Shown: positions 8,964 to 16,913 of the stretch, in pieces | How positions within the stretch are numbered: the stretch's first letter is position 1 | How the letters are laid out: the number at the start of each line of letters is the position of its first letter | Assembly (NCBI GenBank): GCA_964519305.1 | Contig: CAZFHY010000013.1 | Coordinates: 32,001-96,000 of the forward strand | DNA from: Candidatus Undinarchaeota archaeon | GTDB taxonomy: Archaea; SpSt-1190; JASMDC01 | DNA: 64,000 bases | Direction of reading: 5' to 3' | Made by a program: the position numbers and the translations under genes | Notes under the pieces: model-generated | Database searches by the model: none | Seen by the model: only the letters and a program-made list of their open reading frames with translations | Told to the model about the DNA's origin: nothing

Positions 8964-11142
8964 CTGACATTGCGTTGATTATTAAGGTATCCGCTCCCTG
9001 CGCTCGGGCCACCGTTTCGCACATCCCCTCAAGGACCGTGCGAGCGACGCCTGTAAGCGTACGCTCGTTCACGACCACCATGAGGAGCGCACGATGCGCC
9101 TCACAAACGCCCTTGATGCGGTAAAGACTCTTGTATAGGTCCTCATCCTCCTCGTCCAGTGCAGCTATAGGGAGCTCTACTACCACCATCGTGGCATTGG
9201 GAGGGTGTCCCCGGAAAAGATTTGAGAGCGTCGAGGCCATGTTATTGAGCTCGGGGCTCACCGATACAATGCCCGGTCCTATCTCGCGCTTACCGCTCGT
9301 TCGGGGATCGAGCGTGCAGAAAACGAGGCGTCCCACCTCACGTAGCGCGTCCACGTCGATGCCCCCCTCGGTCCTCAGAACCCGCCGCAGCGTGCTGGCG
9401 CGGGCCTGCGAAAGCCAGATCGCGTTCCTCCAAGCCGCGAGGTTCGCACCGAGGAACCTGGATATGAAGAGCTCCTTAGCAAATCCCGTACCATGAACGA
9501 CCATGATTGAGTACTTGGCATCCATCCGACCTGCAACGTCATCAAGTCCTTCTGAACCCCAGGAATGGTCAATTGTAAAGAACGCATTAGCGAATAGATC
9601 GTTGATCCCTGCCGCCGTGTATAGCGGGGATGATGAGATAGGTCCTAGACGTTTGGTGAGCGCTTCCTGGAGTTGTTCGCGTCCAATTACTCGTTCCAGT
9701 CTGAGGCATAATCGAGCGTAGCTACCCAACCAAGCTTCCTCCACGTCTTCGATTGGCCATCGGGCCGCAAAGCCGTTGATGTCCACGATGACAGCACCAT
9801 CCTCAGTGTGCTCGACGTACTCTGAGCCCCAGACCTCTGCGAGTTCTTCGGCCACGAGAGATCCGACGAGATCTGTCCCGACAATCGAGAGGAATCCATC
9901 CAGAGCCTCATCCACACCTTTGACTACGGCCTCCTCGCGGTCCATGAGGAAGCCGGCTATCCCGGGCGGGAGACAGTCTAGTTTGTCAGTTACACCTTTC
10001 CGGACCACTCTTCTGACGCGCTCTTGCGTATACCCCGACTCCGCAAGAGGAGGGATAGCTCCATCGAGAAAGCTTACCAAGCGATGGAAGAACGAGGACA
10101 GGTCCGCGAGCGTTTTCTCGTCGCTCAGGTCCAGGTCGCCAATAACGAACTGTTGTGCCTCTGCATCGATACTGACCTCTGCAAGAGATGGATGGTCGGA
10201 CTCCATCTCGTTCAGGAGACGTTCGACGGCGCCCACATCGAGGAAGAGGGGGAGCAGGCGGGATAGCACCTCCTCTGTCGGGCCTTGGGTTGCAGTGCGA
10301 CGCATCCCTGAGACATCCTTGAGCACAACGGCAATGGTGAACAATCGTAGTGCCCTGGTCTGGAGCACGAAGCCGATGAGGAGAACGGCCGCCCCCGCAT
10401 AGGAATAGAACGCCGTGTGGGCCAGCATGCGCTGGAGCTCGACCTCCTCAAGGGACCAGACCTCGAGCATTGAGACTATCACCAGAGCAACGAGCATGAC
10501 CGCATACACGGCCATCCAAACGAGGCGTGATTGGGCCGGATTGTCTCGGATGATGAGGAGTGACGTTGTGGTTAGATAGAGGGCGAAAACGATTATCGCG
10601 ATCCCTGCGATCGATGGGAATAACAGTGTGCTAGAAGTGACCTCGATGACCGGATGCCACACGGCAGGGAGCACGGTGGCCACACCTGTCAAGGCAAGGG
10701 CCACAAGTAGGAAATGGATGGTCCCCGGTGAGAAGGGAGCGGGTCTGATCCGAAGCGCGCGGCACCACTCCACAAGAATGAAGAACCCGGAGAGGGCCAT
10801 AGTGAAGAGGAGCACGGCCTTACCGCCGACAAGGTTCGCCCTTGCCGCGAATAATTCAACGGGTAATGAGAGATAGCTGGCAAGGAGGAGAGCCATACCC
10901 AGAACGGACACCACCTGACCTATTGCCAGATAGTCCCATGCCCTGGTCCTGAGCCGCATCTTCAGCTCACGAGCGTAGACGAGTACAAGGAAGAATATGA
11001 GGGTCCATACACCGTTGATGAGAACCGTGGCAGCAAGGGGCAGGTCATGGATTGCGAGCTGTTCCGCACTAAGAGCAGGGATCAAGAGTAGAAAAAGGAC
11101 GATGGGCAGGCCTAGAATGACTCTTGTTAAGACTGCCGCCAT
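8932..11142 (-). CDS. paralogous multi-TM protein with degenerate KaiC/RAD55-like domain
   Basis: Same architecture: WGSEGLDDVAGRM..SIMVVHGTGFAKE, plus AIW[LV]SQAR and [LV]ELP shared with the neighbour. Confidence 0.65.
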   Translation of the reverse strand: MAAVLTRVILGLPIVLFLLLIPALSAEQLAIHDLPLAATVLINGVWTLIFFLVLVYARELKMRLRTRAWDYLAIGQVVSVLGMALLLASYLSLPVELFAARANLVGGKAVLLFTMALSGFFILVEWCRALRIRPAPFSPGTIHFLLVALALTGVATVLPAVWHPVIEVTSSTLLFPSIAGIAIIVFALYLTTTSLLIIRDNPAQSRLVWMAVYAVMLVALVIVSMLEVWSLEEVELQRMLAHTAFYSYAGAAVLLIGFVLQTRALRLFTIAVVLKDVSGMRRTATQGPTEEVLSRLLPLFLDVGAVERLLNEMESDHPSLAEVSIDAEAQQFVIGDLDLSDEKTLADLSSFFHRLVSFLDGAIPPLAESGYTQERVRRVVRKGVTDKLDCLPPGIAGFLMDREEAVVKGVDEALDGFLSIVGTDLVGSLVAEELAEVWGSEYVEHTEDGAVIVDINGFAARWPIEDVEEAWLGSYARLCLRLERVIGREQLQEALTKRLGPISSSPLYTAAGINDLFANAFFTIDHSWGSEGLDDVAGRMDAKYSIMVVHGTGFAKELFISRFLGANLAAWRNAIWLSQARASTLRRVLRTEGGIDVDALREVGRLVFCTLDPRTSGKREIGPGIVSVSPELNNMASTLSNLFRGHPPNATMVVVELPIAALDEEDEDLYKSLYRIKGVCEAHRALLMVVVNERTLTGVARTVLEGMCETVARAQGADTLIINAMSGERSGEAKID

Positions 11143-11198
11143 CGCTGCCTAGCACTCTGACAATGCTTTAAATGCCTATGGTGGTGCCCGCGGAAGGC

Positions 11199-12203
11199 CT
11201 AATCCCTGCCGCCAGTAGCTTTGAAGAAACTCCCGAACGCATCATTGGACGCTGTGTTATAGACTGGTGCTGCGGAGAAGGCACCTCGACGCATGGTACC
11301 AAAGCCCCGGTCCACCGAGGTGGGCTTGCGCATCTGGAGCGTGGACATACGCTGAGATGACGCGAAGTTGCCGGCGATCCTCCCGGGATCGAGCATCTTG
11401 ATCTTGGCATTCTTGATCATGCCACTGTTGGCATTGAAGCTCTTGAGGGCTTTTGAGAATTTCCCGGGTTTCCCGCCCTCACCGGACGTCCAGAACTTCT
11501 TACGTTCCTCGGGCGTCACCGACATCACATAGAAGAGGATATCGAGGATCGCGTCCATAGCAACGAGTACGAACGTACCGGTGAGCATGAAGATCGTGAA
11601 GGTCATGGGATCGGTGGTGGCATTGAATATGGTCGTCTCGACCCAGCGGATGAGACCATTGAGCACGCCGCCACGGGCACCGACGAGAGCCATTGCCGTA
11701 GCAATATAGGTACATGTGCGATCAGAGAGCACCGATGAATAGACTAGGAGCGCCATGCACATGTGGAAGAGGATGTAGATGGGTACTATGATCGATATGA
11801 TGAACTCGAGAGAGAACCCTGCCCGGAGCTCTGCCTCGAGAAAGGCCGAGATAAAGTCGAGGAAGATTACTATTCCTCCTTTCAACTGCTCTGTTGCGTA
11901 CTGGAGCGGTTGCCCAACGCTCGCCTGGATATCCAGGTGCAGAGCGTGCTTTGCGAACATGAAGATGATAAAGAGCACCAGCACCATGAAGTAGTAGGAA
12001 CCGAACCACTTCTCACCGGCCGCCTCCAGTATCAGGAAGAGGAGGAATCCAACGCCCACGATTATCCACAGGTAGGCCTCATTGGGAACTATGAGCATAT
12101 AGTAGAGCATAGCAAAGAGAGTGACTACCGGATAATTAGCGAAAAGAACAAAGGCTATGAGCGTCCAAGACAGCAGCATGAACTTGGGCGTGAACTCCAG
12201 CAT
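11199..12203 (-). CDS. hypothetical polytopic membrane protein with basic, low-complexity C-terminal tail
   Basis: About 6-7 hydrophobic segments. TATA-like AT-rich spacer upstream (12204-12245). Confidence 0.65.
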   Translation of the reverse strand: MLEFTPKFMLLSWTLIAFVLFANYPVVTLFAMLYYMLIVPNEAYLWIIVGVGFLLFLILEAAGEKWFGSYYFMVLVLFIIFMFAKHALHLDIQASVGQPLQYATEQLKGGIVIFLDFISAFLEAELRAGFSLEFIISIIVPIYILFHMCMALLVYSSVLSDRTCTYIATAMALVGARGGVLNGLIRWVETTIFNATTDPMTFTIFMLTGTFVLVAMDAILDILFYVMSVTPEERKKFWTSGEGGKPGKFSKALKSFNANSGMIKNAKIKMLDPGRIAGNFASSQRMSTLQMRKPTSVDRGFGTMRRGAFSAAPVYNTASNDAFGSFFKATGGRD

Positions 12204-12306
12204 TTCAAAAACTATATATTTGAGTTGTCCTATTTATAGTTTCTGATTGTCAGTACCTAATGGGGACAATACCTTGTATCTCTTAGAGAGGTGTCTACGG
12301 TGGAAG

Positions 12307-13719
12307 GTGGTTGCAGCGATTGCACTCCTCCTCGTAATGTCACCTCTTGCCCTTGCCATAGACTTCGAAGTCGTCGGCTGTGGGAACCAGATTTGTGATT
12401 TAGGTGAGAGCCCCGATCTCTGCTGTGAGGATTGCAAGTGTCCCGACGGGCAAGCCTGCACTCCGCTCGGCTGTGTTGGGATCGTTGAGATGGACTCGCT
12501 CGGGGTCGACAGATTGCTCACCAATGTATCCTACTCGGAGGGCACAGAACGGGCCATCGCTCAGGCACGTGGTTTCGCCGGTAACTTCGCCCTTGCCTTC
12601 TCCTGTGGTGAGTGCGTCATCCAGGTCCTCATCCCCAGCAAGGAGTTGAACGTGGCGTGCGACGAGTGCGCTGCGGGCATGGACTCATTCACTATGGGTT
12701 TCTTCTGGGTATTCGACGTGGAACGGGAGGAGTTCATTGCCTACTGTGGGGACTCCAACTGGCAGTGGGGCGAGTTCATCGTACCCAAGGAGATCGTGAT
12801 GTTCGGCTTCTTCCTCATGCTGATCGCCGTCATCTTCCACTTCCTTGGTGTCCACGGCCAGATCAAGGAGATAGAATCGCTGGAGTACGAGGGCACTCTG
12901 GAGAAGATACGAGGTCAGAGCCGTACATGGTTCGCCATCATGAAGCCTGTGTACGAGAAGGTCGCGAAGCTGAAGCGCGAGGGTGAGGGCAGCGACAGGT
13001 ACCTCATCCAGTTCAAGCTCACCGTAGCGGCCCTAGGATTCCTTTCATTTGTGCTGGCCGGGGCCGTAGCGTTCTTCCTCGCCTCCTATGCCCTTGGCGA
13101 GGGCATGGAGTGCGCCCACTTCGGGTTCAAGCTCGCGCTCGGATTCACGTGGGCCTATTTCCTCGTCATGTCCTTCTCCGAGGCCGTGACGTCCTTCGGT
13201 GTAGAGGAACTATCGGACGGGGACCTGGACAGCTATGTGTCAGGGATGAGCGACTCGGACAAGAATACCCTGTCCAAAGTCACATCCTCGGAAGAGGAAC
13301 GTGCTAATCCAGAGCAAGCTAAGGATTCTTCAGAGCAAAGGGGCGTATTGAAGGATCGCCTCAAGAAATCCATGGGCTGGACGAACATGAAGGGTTCGGG
13401 TAGCAAGAAGGAAATAGGATACTTCTACCTGGAGGACTTCATCGGACTCCCCAACTTCATAGCCAAACTGGTCATCGATCCATTCCGGCACCCCATCGGG
13501 CGGACCATCATCGTGCTGATGCTCTTCGATATATTCGACCCGATCCGCTGGGAGTGGACATACCTGCTCCAGCTCAACGGCATCGTGTTCGGCGCCTACC
13601 TCCTCCTATGTCTTGAGTGGGAGTTCAAGGGTATGCTCGTCACCGGCGCCGCCTATATCGCGGACCTGTTCTTCGGCGCATTCATGAAGATCGGTGGAAG
13701 GCTTTCCGGGCGCTCCTAG
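12307..13719 (+). CDS. hypothetical membrane protein with signal peptide and Cys-rich extracellular module
   Basis: Signal-like VVAAIALLLVMSPLALA, then CGNQICDLGESPDLCCEDCKCPDGQAC and several TMs. Start uncertain (GTG 12307 or TTG 12247). Confidence 0.6.
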   Translation: MVAAIALLLVMSPLALAIDFEVVGCGNQICDLGESPDLCCEDCKCPDGQACTPLGCVGIVEMDSLGVDRLLTNVSYSEGTERAIAQARGFAGNFALAFSCGECVIQVLIPSKELNVACDECAAGMDSFTMGFFWVFDVEREEFIAYCGDSNWQWGEFIVPKEIVMFGFFLMLIAVIFHFLGVHGQIKEIESLEYEGTLEKIRGQSRTWFAIMKPVYEKVAKLKREGEGSDRYLIQFKLTVAALGFLSFVLAGAVAFFLASYALGEGMECAHFGFKLALGFTWAYFLVMSFSEAVTSFGVEELSDGDLDSYVSGMSDSDKNTLSKVTSSEEERANPEQAKDSSEQRGVLKDRLKKSMGWTNMKGSGSKKEIGYFYLEDFIGLPNFIAKLVIDPFRHPIGRTIIVLMLFDIFDPIRWEWTYLLQLNGIVFGAYLLLCLEWEFKGMLVTGAAYIADLFFGAFMKIGGRLSGRS

Positions 13720-13731
13720 GGCGACCGGTAC

Positions 13732-14520
13732 TCACCACTCGTTGAGCGCTCCGACAGCAACTCCTACAGGACCCTCGTCGGGGAACGTGAACCGCGTCCC
13801 GAAGAGGCGCCCGACACGGTCCAGCACGGAGCGCAGTACGGGATTGGCCGCAGGTTTACCGAGCACGACTATGTCGTCCGGGCTGCCAGCGCGATGGGCC
13901 GCCTGGGACGCTACTGTGCCGACGACCTCGCCCACAAGTGTATGGATGGCAGCGGCCAGGTCCTCCGGTGTACGTGAGTCAAGCTTCCCCAGGTTCGCCG
14001 CGGTGATATCGGGGGTGAGGATACCCACACCCTCGTACCCCAGGTCACCTACAGTAAGGTCGACGCGTGTCGCGTCCCCGTTCTCAGCGAGCGCTTGGAG
14101 CGCGTCAGGATCCCCTTGATCGAGGATGAGGCGCCCGAGACCGACGAGGGTGGCCCCGCCGACGCCAGTACCACCAAGGTGGTTGTACACATCGTCATGG
14201 GCATGCACAAGGGCAGTTCCCGTGCCCATGCTCACGGCCAGGCAAGTGCTCTTCTCAGCAAGGCGCTGGGCCCCGCGCCCTATCGCGGTCATCTCATCGA
14301 CACCCGTCAGGGTTAGCTCCTCGTAGGACACACGGGCTGCCCGCGCCCCGGTGACGAAGAGGCGGCGCGGGATTCCGAACCGTTCACGCACTTCGTCCAG
14401 TACCCCAGTAGAGGCCTCTGGAGCATCGCTCCCTTGTAGCGTCCGTGAGACCAGGATGCGTCTACCTTCGGCGAGGAGCACGTCCGTGCAGCTCCCCCCT
14501 GCGTCTATCGCAGCATCCAT
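13732..14520 (-). CDS. coaW: type II pantothenate kinase (Fumble/CoaW family)
   Basis: IDAGGS, VSMGTGT, LGGTGVGGATLVGL, GD..RVDLTVGD and AANLGK motifs of type II PanK. Confidence 0.8.
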   Translation of the reverse strand: MDAAIDAGGSCTDVLLAEGRRILVSRTLQGSDAPEASTGVLDEVRERFGIPRRLFVTGARAARVSYEELTLTGVDEMTAIGRGAQRLAEKSTCLAVSMGTGTALVHAHDDVYNHLGGTGVGGATLVGLGRLILDQGDPDALQALAENGDATRVDLTVGDLGYEGVGILTPDITAANLGKLDSRTPEDLAAAIHTLVGEVVGTVASQAAHRAGSPDDIVVLGKPAANPVLRSVLDRVGRLFGTRFTFPDEGPVGVAVGALNEW

Positions 14521-14627
14521 ACCACCCCCGAGGGGTCACACAAAGTATATATACAATGCATCCCACATATTCCGGTCCGGGGGTAGCGGGACGGACGTTG
14601 AAGGTGAGACCCTCTATTGGGAGAAAC

Positions 14628-15409
14628 ATGGGCTTGAGCTCGAGACTTACAACGATATAGTCGGGCGTCTCGAGGACCTCGAGAGCACATATGCCGACCA
14701 GATGAACGTCTACACATTCGGCACTTCCGCGAACGGCAAGGACCTTTACGGCGTTGATATCTACGCTGGCACCGGCAATCCCAAGGAGACAGTCTTCATC
14801 ACTGCGGGCCACCATGGGACCGAGGGTGGTGGGGTCGAGGCCGCCATGGAGTTCATCGAGAGCTACCTGGAGAGCGATACGCTCTTCGCCAAGCAGCTCA
14901 AGGAGCGTGTGCGTTTCACCATCGTCCCTTGCGTGAACGTCGACCAGTACGCCCTTGACCCTGTGGATAGGAAGTACAACAACTTCAACGACAGGGACCT
15001 CAACTCGCAGTACAACCGCCGGCGCGCCATCGAACCGGAGAGTAAAGCGGTAAAGGAGCTCTACCTCTCCATCGAGGAGCCGATCAACCTGGCTTTCGAC
15101 CTGCACGAGACCGACGGGGAGTGGGTCAAGGGATTCTCGATATTCGAGAACAAGCCCTACCGTCGCCGCATACTCAACCATGCTGCCCACGCAGCAGATA
15201 AGGTCTCAAAGCAGTACCCCCTCCACAGTAATGGCGTCATCCACGACGTCAATCCGTCCTGCTTCGACGGATTCGCCTGTGGTGAGGGCGCCTATGCTTA
15301 CACGTTCGAAGCGCCCTTGAGCAAGAAGTTCGCTCTCGAGGACCGCGTTGAGATGCAGCTCATCGCACTGGACGATATCATCGCCCAGTACTACAAGGCG
15401 CGCGTATAG
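14628..15409 (+). CDS. M14 family zinc carboxypeptidase (5' end anomalous)
   Basis: AGHHGTE (HxxE), DLN, FDLHE and YTFE motifs. The ATG at 14628 is out of frame with the body; the first in-frame ATG is 14702. Confidence 0.75.
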
Positions 15410-15421
15410 TACCTCGTCCGT

Positions 15422-15898
15422 CTACTTGAAGGACTCTTCTGCCCTGATGTCCCTACCACCCTCGGTCTCCAGTACCGTGTGGTCGATGGCGGACGTGGTC
15501 AACATGTGCACGAGGACCTTGCGGAAGCCCGGGCCTGCGCACTCCATGAGGAAGATGCGCCGGTCGTGACCGATGAGGAGCTGCCCCCCCGCCACAGGTA
15601 TGCTGCAGGTTACGCCTGTCAGTGCTGCGGCGAAGGCCGGTCGGCTCGCTTCCGTCTCTAGCTTGCGGATCTCGGTTGCAGTGGAACCCACTGCCCCAAG
15701 TAGCCCGCCCACGCCCCGGATGAGGTCGGGTTCGTTCTCAAGGATCAGGATACCGCAGGATGAGGAAGATGATACGAGGGTCAGGACACCATGCTCGATC
15801 TCACGCTCGCGGATCACCTTGCCTATTTGAGGGGTGATATCCACCATCCCCCGCTCGAAGGAGGTCTCGATCTCGATCGCAGTGCTCTCCACCCGCAT
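15422..15898 (-). CDS. YjbQ/UPF0047-family protein, degenerate
   Basis: VDITPQI...I..G, ENEP.L, IPV..G.L.IG...IFL.E..GP..RKV.V pattern. The conserved His residues are absent. Confidence 0.7.
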   Translation of the reverse strand: MRVESTAIEIETSFERGMVDITPQIGKVIREREIEHGVLTLVSSSSSCGILILENEPDLIRGVGGLLGAVGSTATEIRKLETEASRPAFAAALTGVTCSIPVAGGQLLIGHDRRIFLMECAGPGFRKVLVHMLTTSAIDHTVLETEGGRDIRAEESFK

Positions 15899-15952
15899 GG
15901 ACCATGCACGACGGTCAAATGTTTTATGTTTGTCCTCCTCTCTGAGGATGCC

Positions 15953-16558
15953 ATGGGCACGTTCATACCAGCGCTCAAGAGGTACGAGACTGAAATAGAG
16001 CGTGTAGGCCCGACCATCACCATCAGTGGCCCGGCGGCAAGTGGCAAGTCCTCGGCGGCCAAGGGCGTGGCCAAGCTCCTGGGTATGAAGCATGTTTCCA
16101 TGGGCGTGGTGTTCCGGGAGATGGCCACTGAGCAGGGATTGGCGTTGGACGAGTTCCTGGCGAAGTCCACCGCCGACTTCCACGAGCGGGCCGATGCGCG
16201 CCAGCTCGAGTACGCCATGCGAGGCGGTGTGGTCATCGAGGGCCGGCTCGGCGCCTGGGTCGCCGGCGATCATGCCCAGATGCGCTTCTGGTTAACAGCT
16301 CCTTTGAGAGAGCGCGGACGTCGTGCCGCGGGTCGCGAGGGTCTCTCCCTTGACGACGCCGTCCGCTCCGTGCGCAAACGCGATGCCATCGATGTGGGCA
16401 ACTACAAGAGGATCTACGGGTTCGACTTCACATCGCTAGAGCCCTACAATTACGTTGTCTCCAACCACCTCTACGACCTTAATGGGACGGTCGACATCCT
16501 CGCCTACCTCGTCCGCAAGGCCAAGGACCGCCTGCCCGCCTCCGACACATTGAAATAG
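15953..16558 (+). CDS. cmk: cytidylate kinase (archaeal type)
   Basis: ITISGPAASGKSS Walker A, G.VFREMA, VVIEGRL, WLTAP and YKRIYGFD. Confidence 0.9.
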   Translation: MGTFIPALKRYETEIERVGPTITISGPAASGKSSAAKGVAKLLGMKHVSMGVVFREMATEQGLALDEFLAKSTADFHERADARQLEYAMRGGVVIEGRLGAWVAGDHAQMRFWLTAPLRERGRRAAGREGLSLDDAVRSVRKRDAIDVGNYKRIYGFDFTSLEPYNYVVSNHLYDLNGTVDILAYLVRKAKDRLPASDTLK

Positions 16559-16579
16559 GTTGCGCTCCCCCAGAAATCC

Positions 16580-16872
16580 GGACGGGAGGGGAAGGACGGC
16601 TCTCGGGGTACTCCTGAGGAAGGTCCTCCCACGTCAGGCAGTCCAGCCTTCGGGTCGGGGCGAGAGTCCTGCGTCCGGTAGCAGAAACGTAACGTTCCCG
16701 CCGCCATCCAACGCATGATCCCTCACGGGTGACGGGTGGAGGGGACGGTGAAACGGCCCGGGCGTGGATAGGTGCAAGCTCCCTGGTAGCGGGGTAGCCT
16801 GATCCCGTTGGGAATAAGCGCTCAGCTGAATGCCGTCTAGAACAGAAGGAGGCCTACTCTCCCCACCCGTCC
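16580..16872 (+). ncRNA. rnpB: RNase P RNA (archaeal)
   Basis: GAGGAAGGTCCTCCCAC (16616), GCAGAAAC, TGAAACGGC, GTGCAAG, TGAATGCC and AACAGAAGGAGGCCTACT (16841). P1 GGACGGG/CCCGTCC, P2 GGACGGC/GCCGTCT and P4 all pair. Confidence 0.93.
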
Positions 16873-16902
16873 ACCCTCCTTCACGGAATAGAGGGTGGAC
16901 GG
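16867..16902. terminator. 12-bp perfect stem hairpin between convergent rnpB and glyS
   Basis: CCGTCCACCCTC (16867-16878) and GAGGGTGGACGG (16891-16902) are exact reverse complements. Terminator role is inferred. Confidence 0.5.
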
Positions 16903-16913
16903 ATGGTGAATAT

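Noticed and set aside
6669-11142. Circadian KaiC clock
   Set aside because: These are single degenerate domains fused to membrane regions, and no kaiA or kaiB is present.
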